Below are positions 34,285-47,705 of a DNA stretch of 64,000 nucleotides, piece by piece. The stretch covers positions 32,302,001 to 32,366,000 of the forward strand of contig NC_134472.1 in NCBI RefSeq assembly GCF_964194025.1, given 5' to 3'. Below the pieces are notes generated by a model. It was not told the DNA's origin, did no database searches, and worked only from the letters and a program-made list of their open reading frames with translations. The stretch is from Convolutriloba macropyga. Lineage: Eukaryota. Each line of letters begins with the position of its first letter. Positions within the stretch are counted from its first letter, which is position 1. The translations under genes were made by a program, and so were the position numbers.

Positions 34285-37200
34285 CATAGCTGGCAGATTG
34301 CCAGAAAATAGCCGCAATAGATTCGTAGATCGGCAGTCTAAAAAAACAGACCAAAAAAATTCGTTTTTTCATTGAAGGCTGATCTGTTATATTTTGATTG
34401 ACAATCTGTACAAGTTATTGCTGCCTCTATTAGCTGATCTCAAAAACCCTTCATTTAGAGTGACACACACCCATTTGACCTTATCTCTTTGAATTAAAGT
34501 AAATAAAAGTCAATTTCAAAGTGAGGAAGTCATTTTTGAGAGTGAGGTAAGTCAAGTGTGACCAAAAATTTAATCACGCGCATGAACAACAAAAAACTCG
34601 CTCCACTAAGAGCGAAAAATGACGTCACACATGCAATTCAGTTGAAATTGCATGAACGAATGAACAAAAAGTGGCTGTGACGTCATATGGTCGTAACAAA
34701 AATCATGACGACGAAATAAAAAACATAGCCGGAAGAATTCCGGAAGCAACTCGAAGCGTCAGAACTGCACTAACAAAACGGTAATTGCAACGGAAGCCAC
34801 TACCTTTTGTATTAAACCATTAACTCACTACGTCCCCAGGTCTGCTCTAAAAATTGGTGAAACTTAAACCACTGTCAACAAGAGAAACAAAATGCAGCAA
34901 AATTTTATATTATTGAAACTTTTGGTAAAGTTAAACAATCCAAAACAATTAAGGTGGTAAAAAACAGATAGTCTGAAAAAGCTGACAAGGTTATCAACAG
35001 CCCTCAAATAATTCATGATTCTAATCTGAAAAAGATCGCGAAAGCAGACGGCAGATAATAATCTTTAGAAACTAAGTTAAACCTTTTCAAAAAAGAAAGC
35101 TCAATTTTAAGAATCAGAAAACACCTTTAACTACACTTCTAATCACTGCGATTAAGACAAAAAACAACACACACCTGTTCCTTCTTTTACATAAGCTGGA
35201 CAACATGATTTCATACTAAATCAAAAATAAAATTGATCATAGAAAAGACAAAAGCCGCAGAATTTTCAAAGGCAAAAATCGTTTTAATTAATACCAAGGA
35301 CGGAAGAAAGCTGTAGTAATTAGTCATAAGTGGACATTTTGGAAAAAGCTTGCTATCAAACTCTCAGTACTGCCTTATGTTGAACGAAATCAATTGCAAA
35401 CCAAAGAAATGACGAAAATCTAAGAAAAAGCTGAAATCATTTATTTTCTACAACTGAAAAAATCAACATACCGAAAATAAATGTAGGTGCCAGGAAAAAA
35501 CTAGAATCATACTAACTTGAGCGCAAATATGGGCACAATGTAAGGAGCACCGTAACAAAAAGACAATCTTAATTCTTGAAAGTTGAAACTCAAGAAAAAC
35601 GAATACATTTCATTGTTCAGCATTCAAGACATAGAAAAGATAACTAGCCGTCCAGTACAAAGATCTATTCTCCTGAAGAGAACAGAAAATAGGAAAAAGC
35701 AGAATTCATAAATACGAAAAATTGAAACATTCTGCAAAAAAATGGTCAAAAAACTTTTAAGACTGCAAAATAAAAGTTTTAAATGTTTTTAAATATGAAG
35801 TTTTAAATATGAAAAAGTTTTAAATGTTTTTTCCAAAACTTAACGCCAACAAATGATTGAATTTTTATTGAAACGAAATTAAAGTCCCTCATGTTGCACA
35901 AAAAAAACTATTTCTAGCAATTACAACCCAAATACAAACGAAAAATTGACGAAAATCGGAAAAAAAACTACCAAAATCGTATTAGCATATGTACAATTTT
36001 ATGAAACAAAATTACATCGAGGTAGAAAGAGGCGTTGAGCATAGGAATTATCAAAGAGAAGTTGGCATATTAACTGATTTTTGACAAAAAGACGGTTAAA
36101 AGATCCAAAAATGAAGAAATTAATACTATAAAAACCAAAAATTAACTAAAAAATCAAGAATTATGTGCCAATTTTCAACTTGAAACGCATTTTCAGGCTC
36201 TGCAAAACACTGTGGTATCAATTTCCGAGGTTGACATTTCAATATAGTATCGAATAAAATTTATTTCTACAAGAAACCAAGTTAAAAGCAAAAAAATTGG
36301 GCCACGAAAAAACGGCTAAAAACGGTCATCTATATGTGCAATTCAGTCAAAAACTACTTTTCAAAGTCAAAAAGTCATTCACTAAACGCAGCGCATGATC
36401 AAAAAACTTCTCTCGCTTAGCAAAAATCTGTTCACCAAGACCGCTTTTCTCACTTTCGCTTTTAGGTCAAAATGCCGCGTGAACAAATCTACTTCCTGTA
36501 AAAAAAAAAACATAGCCGGAAGAATTCCGGAAACGACTCGAAGGAGAAAACTGACCATCCTAATGACTAAACAACTATTGTGAACCCTGAACCTCCATAA
36601 ATGCCATAAAAAAATTAAGGAAGAATAGAAACAGCATTCAAAAACAAATTGAACAAAAAAACTAGAAAAACTTAAGTATAAGGAAACAAAAAGCCGAGTA
36701 AAATTCCTTCCCAATTAGCGCAATGGAAAGCTTGTAAAACATTGGGCAAGTAATATCAGCCTAAAAAACTTGTCAGATTAAAAAAAACAAAACCTTCAAA
36801 AAATAAGAAAGATGGTTTTAAAATGTCTCAATTTTTCTGTCAATTTTTCTCAGAAAAAAGTGAGTTACACCAAGAAAACTTTAGTCAAATGGTATCTGAA
36901 AATTCTTTAAGTAACAAGCTTTTATCCAAATCCCACTTAAAGCATTAAAACATAAAGAAAACAGGCAAAAAATCAATAAATTTCGTCTAAAAATCACCAA
37001 AACTGATCAAAAATCTACAAATTAACATTCAACTCAAATTTACTATACTTTTGGCTACACAACTAGGACAACTATTGTGATCCTTGAACCTCCACAAATG
37101 CCATAAAAAAATTAGGGAAGAAAAGAAACGGCATTCAAAAACAAATTGAACAAAAAACTATAAAAACTTAAGCTTTTTTTAACTTGAGTTTTTTTTTAAT

Positions 37201-37996
37201 AGTACAAGAAAACAAAAAGCCGAGTAAAATTCCTTCCCAATTAGCGCAATGGAAAGCTTGTAAAACATTGGGCAAGTCATAGTAGACTAAGAAACTTGTC
37301 TAAGACTAAGAAAAAAAGAGAAACTGCAAAAAAAATAAGAAAAATGGTTTTAAATTTCTCAATTTTTCTGTCAATTTTCCGAAGAAATGAATGATTTAGA
37401 CTAATAAAACTTTAGTCAATTGTTAGTTGAATAAGTAAAAAGCTTCCATTCAAATCCCACTTAAAGCATTAATACAAAAAACAGGCAAAAAATCATTAAA
37501 TTTCGTCTAAAAATCAGCGAAACTGATCAAATACATCCAAATTAGCATTAAACTCAGAATTAACTACTTGAAACCTTCAATTCCTATCAAAACAAGCCTA
37601 AAACTAATACAATATCATAATCAAACCTCATAATCATCATAAGTTGCAAAAAACTGCTTTTAAAAGCCGCACGTGAACAAAAAAATTCGCTCGCTTAGAG
37701 AAAATTTTTTCACACATCAATTTTTCGCTCTCTCAAAAACAGCGGTATGAACAAAAACCCCTCTCTTTTCGCTCCGCTCTCAACTTTTGTTCAGCCCCAA
37801 AATCACTCCAAATTTTTTCACGCGTTTCATTTCCCGCTTCAAAAATCACTCCAATAAAATTGAATTAAAAAAAAGGACTTCTCCAATACTCCTCTTCGAG
37901 TCGTAAAAACCGAGAGAAAACCAATACTCCTCTTCGAGTCGTAAAAAAACCAAGAGAAGGCCAATAATAGCCCCAGCTATCGCTGTGCGGCTATTA
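34285..37996 (-). mobile_element. Composite/tandem Helentron-like array: three 3' ends and one 5' end
   Basis: CATAGCYGG...CCRG hairpin ends at 34285, 34724 and 36511; single CCAAGAGAAGGCCAATAATAGCCCCAGCTATCGCTG.GCGGCTATTA end at ~37950-37996; internal ~0.5-kb duplication 36570-37570. Confidence 0.65.
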
Positions 37997-38813
37997 AAAA
38001 GCAAAATGAATGTAAAAACCAATTATAATTTAAAAACTGCTTCCCCGAACCTCTCATTTTCAATATCGACTGCCAAAACTGTTGGCAACCAAACCACGAT
38101 CGATGAATGCCTAAATACTTCAGCAAGTTGGCTTTTATTTAACAAATGTCGCTTACAAGATGTACAAAAAATTTTCCGGCAACCATTTTGAAAATGTAGT
38201 TAGAAAATACCTTAGATAATTCAAGCATTGGGTTTAGGTTAACATTTCTAAAATGCGGCAGCAGTCACTTTAAAATGAAACAAATCTTATGAAAACGGTG
38301 TTTCCGAAAAGAAACATAATTTGGAAGCAAACATAGAAAACTGAATATTTTTTTGGCTTCCGTTCGCTCAAAGAATTCCATCTTCTTTTAGCACCTCTTG
38401 TGACACTGAGAATCTTGAAGAAATTTCAAGAAAACTTATTAACCAGCTGTTTGCATTCTATACAAGTTTTTCAAATGTCAAACTTTTGGAACTCAATTTT
38501 GTAAAGAAAAGCGAGCTCTGTAATGCATAACTCTTTTCAACTTTTCTGCATCAACTAGACATGAAAACATATTTAATAACAAAAACCAGTCAGGCTCATT
38601 CAAAACATAAACTTATCGGTGGATGAAATTTGAATTACGTTCAGATTTTGTTTAATTCACAAACCAGTACATCGTCCAAAATTTTCAGCAAGGATGAATA
38701 ATTTTTAGAATGTCGGGTCCTGACTTCGAGACTTTTAGCAAGTTGGCGCTCAAAAGGTGGGAAAATTGTGACCTTGAAAACTCATTTTGAACGTGCGTCT
38801 CCTATCTCCCATC

Positions 38814-38981
38814 GAATCGTTTCCGTTTGTGCCCCCCCCCCAAGTACGTTATGCGCCCCCAGTTATAGAGCACGTGCTATTACATAGTAAATCATTATGT
38901 ACAAATATGGCGCGTGCGTCTGGGGGGTAAGAATATGCGCACACTAGGCTGGGGGGCGGGGGTAACAAACGGAAACGATCC
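38814..38981. mobile_element. 168-bp MITE with 8-bp TSD (Merlin-like ends)
   Basis: TIR G(A/G)ATCGTTTCCGTTTGT; TSD CTCCCATC at 38806-38813 and 38982-38989. Confidence 0.88.
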
Positions 38982-40991
38982 CTCCCATCAATACCCAATA
39001 GCTAGCATGACTAAAAAGTACTTCATCTTCAAAAATTCACAAAATTGTACGGTAAAAACTAGCTAAAAAGGGGTTTACACATTTTTGACGGCAAACTCAA
39101 AAATTCAAAAGCTATTCAAGCTAATCATATACCCTTCATTGATATAATATCTGTGTTAGAGCACGCATCTTATCCAGCTAGTTTGCTTGAATAAATTTTT
39201 GAGAAATTTTTTATTAAGATACCTGCAGTTTCAATTACTCCGGCCTCTCTCATGAATTTTTTTTTACAAATATCTTCAAGGAAACTTCAAGTCACATAAT
39301 TCAGCCTCTTCTACAATTTTTTCCATTTTAAGAAAAACTGGGATTGACAAGAGGATTTGGAGTGCCCCATGCTTCAAATAAAAAATGTTCCCAAGTTCAG
39401 CTACGTTTTTTAACAAAAATTAACAGCACAATAATCATAAACAATACTTACGAAACTCTTCATTTCTGGCGCTTAGTGGTGACTCAATTGGTGTAAACTT
39501 TATTAGTAGTGGTGAAGCTTCAAGTAATCTTCACTGTCGCAATAACACAATACATATACCACGTCAGGCCTGGAGAGAAGAGCTGAAAGAGTAGCTTGGT
39601 TGAATTGTTCGCAAATGCAATTGTTGGTAGTTTGAGAATAATAAGCAATGAAAGAAAGTCAAATAACTAACATGGCTACAGTAATATATTTGGCTATTGA
39701 ATATTGCACGTTTTATAAAGCAGCTGTATTCTGAAGGACACCAAATATACGAATAAAAGCTCTCAAAGGCAATAAGTTACAGTAAACAAAGGGCTATATT
39801 ACGCTAAAGTCCAGAATTTAGAAAACATCAATTTGATAATCAAAACTTATGTTTTGTTACCAATTGAAAATTGACGAGGTCTGTATTAATAAATAAATAA
39901 CAATAAAAACAATCAAAACGTCATTGAACTCAGCTCTGAAGATATAATTGCAGATAGAAAGAAGACAAAATTGCGTTAAAAAGCGAGAATTCTTATGGAA
40001 AAGTTAGGCAGGATATATTCAATCATTGCACTCTGAAATATGCGAAACATTACAAAAAGCAATTAGCACAGTAAATAAGTACAGAAAAATGCTTATAGAT
40101 GAAACAGTCAGCACAGGAAATATATATCTTTCCTAGATTGATACAGAAAATATTGAATTTAGTTATTCATTAATTAACCCTAAAACCTTATTTAGCTACC
40201 AAAACAGGATTCAGCGCTTCCGTACAAAATTATCAATAGCAGACCCGGATATATTCCCATTTGAGGTTTGTCATGTTGATATTGACCGGCATGCAAAGTT
40301 AACGGGTTTGATTGGGAATGAAAATTAGGCCCTTAAAAAAACTGTATAAATGGGAAATCCTAACTTCCACTTTCAACCCTTCACCTGTTCAAATTTTACA
40401 AAAATAGATGGATGTTTCCCGAGACTGAACTTGTTCATTGCACATTGTTTAGTGAACAAACAAGCACTGAATGGAATCAAAGTAAAGTGATTTAGGGAAT
40501 AAAAAGCCCTGGGGGTATCAGTTTAATGAAATCTCCTTATCAACACTCGATCCATCCAACTTGCTTTCTTCCCATTCTCATTATGCAAATCAGCCACTGA
40601 GGAAATTGAAGTTACAAGAGGCAAAACTGAGAGTAGCAGTGCACTTGGGTACTGAACAAGCGTAATAACATTTATTACAACCATAAAAAAAGATTGCTAA
40701 CACAAAATACCATTTTTGCTATCATTCAGTTTCTGTGTTAAGCTATGGAGGAGATTAAAAATTCAATTTAACTTATATTTTCAAACTTCTCAATAAGGGC
40801 AAAGAAGAGGAACGAACTGAAGCTATAAACAAACCTCTGAATGGAAAATATGTACCTGAAAGTATAATGAATTCTCTAGAAACCAGATCAATCATCACAA
40901 ATCAACACCAATCTCCCGCAGCAAAATTTCAAAATGAAAAGGTTAAAAGGTAAAAACTGTTTTCGTCCATTGCAACCTCTCAGAGGTCCAA

Positions 40992-42575
40992 TCATTTTCC
41001 ACCCCAACTCCCTTGTACCTTTCTGTTTCCCTTCCTTTTATTTGGACTTGAAGAAGGTTTGAAAAATTTATTGATAGGAGGCTGAGACGGCGACAACTCT
41101 TTCTGAATAGGCTTTGCCTCGCTTTCGTCTCCTTTATTATATCTGGCAATGTACTTGTGAATGTCAAATTTCCGTTTGCAACCTTCGAAACTCATCCAAC
41201 GGATTTTACCTACAACTGGTCTTTCACCCCACTTGGGGGGATCGTGCACTCCAGCTATGGACCACATGACCCCTGCAAAGCCATTGGCATCGGCTCCGTC
41301 CAAACTGTAATGATCATTCAGATACAGAGCAATTTCAAGGGCCTCTTCTGGGCTTTTACTCCATTCTAGAATCTTCTTAGCCCAGTACATGCGCATGAAT
41401 CCATGCATTTTGCCATCAACTTTGAGCTGGATTTGAGCAGCATTCCATAAATGGTCATGTGTTTCTGCATCCTCGAATTGCTGTTTCGTATACACGTACT
41501 CTCTTTGGTCATTTCGGTGCTTATCAAGTGTTTCCTGTGCCCATTCGGGCGCACCCTTTAGGTTGTCATAATTTGGATTGTAAAAGCATAAATTATCCGA
41601 CATTTCCTTCCACGTTACTATTTCATCTATAAACTTTTTAACCGAGTCTGTATGTTTTGCTTCATACTTTTTAGCCTCAATAGTTGCTCTGTGAGCACTT
41701 AGCTGGCCATAATGAAGCCATGGGGATAAATTCGAAACTGCATCAACAGTTGGATCGTTTCTCTGCTCTCCGTAAATTTCCAGCACTTCACTGATAAACT
41801 TTTTCAACCTTTCCTGGCCTTTAGAGAACCCAGGCTCAGCCCAGGTCACATTTGCCACGGTTTCATCCACAGGTACGGAAACTCTGGCTTTCTCCCAATC
41901 AGTATCTTCAAACTTGACCTGACCTGGCACCGGGTGCTCTTTCATTTTGGGAAATTCAGTGAAGTACTCTGAGAACTTTGCTTCCACTTTTAAACGAGTC
42001 TCGTACGCTCTAGGTTCTTGCTTGGGCGACAGTTCCCAAACTGGAATTATATTGTGAGCATCAACTTGGTAAAGACAACAATTATCCATCTTTGCAATTT
42101 CATTTTTCAAAAGATCGATCTGAGTTTTGTGTGGTTTCAACGGACTAAAATCGCAAACAATGCCTTGTATATTGAAGTCACTCATAAATTTAGTAATACG
42201 CTGGTACATAGGTGTTTGGGTTTCCGTCAGAAGATAGAATTGAATTCCTAACCGCTTGCAATCAACTTCCACTTCTTTCAGACCTCCGAGTGAAAAATCA
42301 ATAGCTCGCCGGGTAGCTTCAGGGCTTTCGGGATGTTTTGAGTTTAGTCCTGCCAAAACGTATAGAGGTAGATTGTTCTCGATAGCCCAGTTTTGTGCAA
42401 AAATTGCAGCCCAGTTATCTTCGATTCTCTGGTCTCTGTGTAAGTAGTAAGCCACGCCTTTGGACCCTGAGATGTCATTTTGGCCTTTACCTGCCAGAAG
42501 GCGACACCTTTTTGTGTTGAATGAAGTGTATTCACTGACTGAGCTAAAAATAGCCTTTTTAAGACTTTGCTGCAT
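40992..42575 (-). CDS. phr: Class II CPD (deoxyribodipyrimidine) photolyase; extreme 3' end may be spliced
   Basis: RDQRIEDNWA, QVDAHNI, SNLSPWLHYGQLS, MHGFMRMYWAKKILEW motifs; ATG at 42575 just after acceptor tttccag|. Confidence 0.95.
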   Translation of the reverse strand: MQQSLKKAIFSSVSEYTSFNTKRCRLLAGKGQNDISGSKGVAYYLHRDQRIEDNWAAIFAQNWAIENNLPLYVLAGLNSKHPESPEATRRAIDFSLGGLKEVEVDCKRLGIQFYLLTETQTPMYQRITKFMSDFNIQGIVCDFSPLKPHKTQIDLLKNEIAKMDNCCLYQVDAHNIIPVWELSPKQEPRAYETRLKVEAKFSEYFTEFPKMKEHPVPGQVKFEDTDWEKARVSVPVDETVANVTWAEPGFSKGQERLKKFISEVLEIYGEQRNDPTVDAVSNLSPWLHYGQLSAHRATIEAKKYEAKHTDSVKKFIDEIVTWKEMSDNLCFYNPNYDNLKGAPEWAQETLDKHRNDQREYVYTKQQFEDAETHDHLWNAAQIQLKVDGKMHGFMRMYWAKKILEWSKSPEEALEIALYLNDHYSLDGADANGFAGVMWSIAGVHDPPKWGERPVVGKIRWMSFEGCKRKFDIHKYIARYNKGDESEAKPIQKELSPSQPPINKFFKPSSSPNKRKGNRKVQGSWGGK

Positions 42576-45500
42576 TGCACCTGGAAACCATATCAGCTTT
42601 ACCGAAAAGTATGCCTTAATTGTTACTATTAAAAATGAATAAAAATGATTAGTAATAAATCCAAAAAAAACAATGCTTAGGTGACGCAGTGCAGTCTCAA
42701 ATGGTTTATTTGAGTTGAAAATAATTGAATTGTTCTTTGCTTTCAAAAGGAAAGCAGTCAAGCGAAAAAAAAAGTAAATTCAAATTCACAGAGTAGCATG
42801 GTTTCCTCGACCTAATTTGAAAAACTATCGTAGCAACATCTTATTGCTTAAGCAGCAACTGTTTACAATATTTCAGAGGGGGCATATTCTTAACTCTGTA
42901 GAGAATGCGCTTTATTGCAGTAAACGCGATTGAATTTATTTTTGGCTCCTTATTTCGAGAAAAATATCTACTTTCATTCACTCCTCGTCTACGTTACATT
43001 TGATAGGTAATTGTCTTGTGATAAGCAACACTCGTTTATTTGTTTGTTTTCAGAAAATGATCAAAGTTACCACAGTAATCATAATTTCCGTTATTTTTTA
43101 TTCGGGAAACCGTAATTAGTTGATATATCAATGAGTTTTCATAAGATGTGTCTCAATTGAGACTTCGTCTATTTGTGTTCGGCACACGTCAGGATGTGAC
43201 AGACAAATCAGCTATTTTTTCACGAAACAGATTAAACAGACCAGAACTGAAGATAATGAGAAAAATTTTTTTCAGTTAGTTTTCGTAAATTAGGGCTGCC
43301 TTGATGTCTGTCTTAACTGTAAATTTATTAGCATAATTAGGATGTTCTGCATCGTTAAAAATTACTTAGTTTTTTGTTCTCAATCGAGAGCAATGTCCGA
43401 AATAAATTTTAGGATCCGAATAAGGATTGAAAATTCCAGTTCTAATTTGCATCAGAAAAATTAATTGAAATTTTCAAACCTTATTGTAAAAAGAACTCTC
43501 AATTCATTTCAATACCGACAAACTTTTTTTTATCTCAGTTCAATTTTTTGCGCACTGCCACAAACTAATACATAGTTTATAATTTGCTTATTGCGGCTGA
43601 AATATTTTCCACAAATCTTCGACAGTTTCTTAATGTTTAAACAGTGCACCTTTGAATTTACTTGGTGTCATCAATTGGTACAATTGTTTATTTTCCTGTG
43701 AAATTAAAAACTCAACCAAAAATATGACATCTGAAATTTTCGAAAGCTGCGCTGCCAGGAACAAAAATAAAGCACACTTGTTTGTTATAGGAAATGTTTA
43801 TTTCCCAAAATAGAAAACTCTTCTGCCTTGTGCATGTGCTTGTTTTGAAAAACATCATTTTCAATGCTCCTTCTACCTCTGAAAAATTCAGATTGTTTCA
43901 AATTGTTCATTAAAAATACATCTAAAACACGTTCTAGTAAGAAAAAAGAGTAGACATGACAATTCTATGAAGTGTCATTTGATGTCTCCATTTTTCTGTT
44001 TTAAAATGAAAACAAGATTATTATTAAAACAAATATGACAAATGCATAGTATACAGACAAAGCTATGCATTAGGCGCACACGTGAAAGGTATGTTTCAAA
44101 AATCAACATTAAGTCATAACATACTGCACATTACACCCTATCAACACGATAGATAGGATGTCAGTCCTTTTGGTTAAAAGGTCTCACCAAGAATTAGCGT
44201 GATTTTTGAAAATACCTGACCTAACAAATAGTGAGTTATATGACGCTGCATACGTTCAAAATTGGTGGCATCTATACACTATAAACTTTGCATCGCTGCT
44301 TTTGCTAAGCTAGTTACTAACACCCGATAACAAGAATTATCAGCTGATTATCGTGAATTAGCGTCAATATTTATCCATCGACGAGCCGAAAGTCAAAGCA
44401 AACAAAAAAATCATTTGAATTTTTTTCATCTGTAACTATAACTTTCAACCATCAAAAGAGTAGCTGCCTATTTCATGCTACTAATGAAACATAAAAATAG
44501 CCACTAATTGTATTTTTGCTTGTGGAAACCATTAAAAAAGATTGCAAAGAAAGAAGATTGAAATAGGCTTGCAATTAGTGGTGCAAATAAATTCATTGTG
44601 TATTTTTCTATAATAATTCCAATTTACATTTCCAAAAATTTCTAGGAGCACCGAGTTAACCTAACATGAAAACTGCTTTCCCAGCTCAATTCCACTACTC
44701 GTCCATGATCTTGTTTCCAGAAAAACCTACTCAAAAATTCATTTGATCCACATCTGTTGGACGGCGAAAGCAAATGATAGCCAAGTAAATAATGAATTGT
44801 TGTTCTTCACTCTGACGTTTAAAACGCTTAACAAAGATTAATGCAGACTATTTGTTTTGCAATTATTTTAACATTTCTTTGCCGTAACAATCTTTTGAAC
44901 TTACAACTGCTGTAAGATTTTGGTTGTAATTCAAGATGTTTGAGAGGCAAAAAAAAAGAAATTTCCAGAAAACAGTACCTAGAGAAAATAAAACAACATA
45001 AACTCGTTTTTACTGACAAATTCTGGCACGTAACCTACCTCAGATAAATAGCTACATTAAATTCACTAATCCTTAGTTTAAAAAATTTACCTTAAAATTA
45101 TAAGACAGAAGAACTAAATACATTGGGTAAAAATTTGATATTTTTTGTCTCTCGAAAGGTTTCTCGTTATCAAACTAACTTGATTAATCGGCACGCAACT
45201 AGCCGACAACACGACTATTGTTTCCCATGAAGTCAAATTATAAAAGCAGATAATAAGACTCAACACAGTCTTCATTTTGAGGAGATTGGGCTCAATTTTC
45301 AAATTAATGTTTTCACCTATGTGTTCATATCATAATTTTAGACAACCTTCAAAATCATCTATCTGCGTTGATGATTGGGATCATCTATTTGCGCTGAAAA
45401 AACAGGGATCATGAAAAATTCCGAGAAAGAAAGGCTACCTTGTTGTACAGTTTCCCCATTTGTCGACCTCAAATTGTTGTCAACGAAACAATCACTTATT

Positions 45501-47230
45501 AGAGGGCCGAGGATAACTGCCATTAAGGAGAGTAAGTGACAAGACAAACAACAAAATCAAAAATCATCAAGCATTACTACGACCAAAATTCAATATCTAT
45601 TTTGTCTTATTTAAACGAAAAATTCAAAAAAGAATAAGATGAAGATTTAACTAAATCAAATGACGATCATTTAACCAGAAGAGATATAGGACCTGTCATT
45701 ATTGGGAATAATTTAAAAGTAGTCAGAAAACAAAAAGGGCAAAGTTAGAAACTACGTATACAGTTTTTAAAACAATTAATTTCGAAATCATGAAAGCAAT
45801 TACTTATTACTTATTGACAGAAATTATTCAATGGCTCCACTTGCACATTCGTACAAAACCATTGAGACCTGTCATCATCCAGAATGTCGTAGGACTACAG
45901 AAAGAATCAATACAGGCTAAAATCAACAATTAATCTCCATTTTGCAAGGAAACGGTGTAGAAGCCTATAAGATCAAATTCTATTCACTTAAAATAAAGAT
46001 TATAATCAGTTGCGCCTTATTTAAAGAACATTAATTTGATATATCATATGTCATTGATGTTCAATAAACGTGATGATCAGATAAGACAGCAAAAAAGAAC
46101 CTCAAAAAATTGGAAAATGTTTAAAAAAATAAATTTCAATATTTATTACAAATTAAAACGCAATTAATGTAACAAAAATTGTGGAATACTTTTTTTCAAA
46201 CGAAGAGCCTACTAAATCTAAAACTAACTAAATATTTTTTAATAAATATCTGTTTAAATTACCGACAGACCGCAAAAATGACATTTCCAGCCCAATTGGA
46301 GAAATATTAGAAACAATGACTGATTATGAAAACAAAACGCTTGAAAAACATTTTTCGAGCCTGGATCAACAAAACCGAAACTAAACTTCATTGTTGCGCC
46401 GGGGTCGGAAATGAGGGGTCATAATATTTACTTCATAATTGAGGGTTCGGAAAACGATGTGCACACACATTAAGTAGGCATCATATCTAGTACAGATAAA
46501 TCAAGAACGACAGCAACCATGACCGAAATAAGAAAACAGCAAAATTGGCGTCTAAAGAATTCAAAAAGTGAGGAATGAGCGAAATGAAAGACATAATTCC
46601 TGCTAATGTGGTTTTACAGCATCCACGAGGTAATATTTTTTGGTGAATTGAAAAAAAAATCAAACCGTTGTAAATATTTCTACAATTTCCATTCAGCTGC
46701 CATCTAATTTCTGCTTGCTCATTCAAAGTTAATAAAATTAATGTAGAAAAATTTCAAAACTTATAAGGAAAAAACCTAATTGCAGCCAAAACAGCAACGA
46801 ATCAATCTTAAGACAAATAGCAATGAAGGAATAAGACAAAAAACGAAATGAAAAATTTGGATTAATTTCTCATATATTTAAAATTCATATAAAAATTTGT
46901 GAATTGGTATCATTCAATGATAGGCAAAATAATAGACAAGTCGTAACTGGCCAGCAAATTTCTCTTATTTGCAAATAAATGAGAAAAAACTCAAAGAACT
47001 CAACAAATATGGTTAAAAATTTCTATCATTTGCTTTCTAACACCGTTAACATAATCGACAAAAGACTAAAGCCCGAAGAATTGCTCTCGAACGACTATAC
47101 GAAGCTCGAATCTATTTCCGCATTCTTAAGTCGGGGGAGGGGGCTGTGACTAAGTTCACTAAGGTGGGCTTCAAATGATGTCATTAGAGATTATTGTATA
47201 CCATAAAAGCACTGGTAAAATCTAAAGTAA

Positions 47231-47705
47231 CATAACCGGCAGATTTCCGGAATAGCTGCGAAAGAATAGACTTGCGTGCCATAAAATACAGATAAAAACA
47301 GATATGGAAAAAAGTTATCTTTTTTCAAAGGGGTTGCAGCCAACTTTTATTCAAAGGGGTCGTAAATTTGTGAACAATTTTAAGTGCAAAATTTTCACGC
47401 AACAGAGGTTTGAATATCCAGCCCAGGCGTAAGAACCTGCTGCATTAACCACACTAGGCTACAGGTCCGTTCTGCTCTCTTATACTACAAACAACTTCGT
47501 TTTAGCAACAGACATAAATTCTGAATCCCAGCAATTTAGGTCACGTGAAAATCAAGAATTCAGGCGTGAAAAAGTAACTGAACAAGTGAAGCGACAGAAT
47601 GCTCTAGAGCAAAATGTATATTGAAAAAGAGGGCCAGACGACGAAACAGGAAAAAACAAGGGCACGGCAATATAGCTCCGCTCAGCTGACAGCTTTGCAG
47701 CTATA
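47231..47705 (-). mobile_element. Helentron-like non-autonomous element, diverged copy with internal tRNA-like cassette
   Basis: CATAACCGG...CCGGAATAGCTGC end and ATAGCTCCGC...GCAGCTATAAAAA end resemble copy A; A/B boxes at 47407-47462. Confidence 0.55.

Noticed and set aside
39500-40400. Coding-like A-rich stretch downstream of the photolyase
   Set aside because: Only short broken frames; no family recognised
42576-42761. N-terminal extensions of the photolyase ORF (and of ATAD2 to 52534 and NAA50 to 63205)
   Set aside because: Non-ATG starts running through intron-like sequence upstream of splice acceptors
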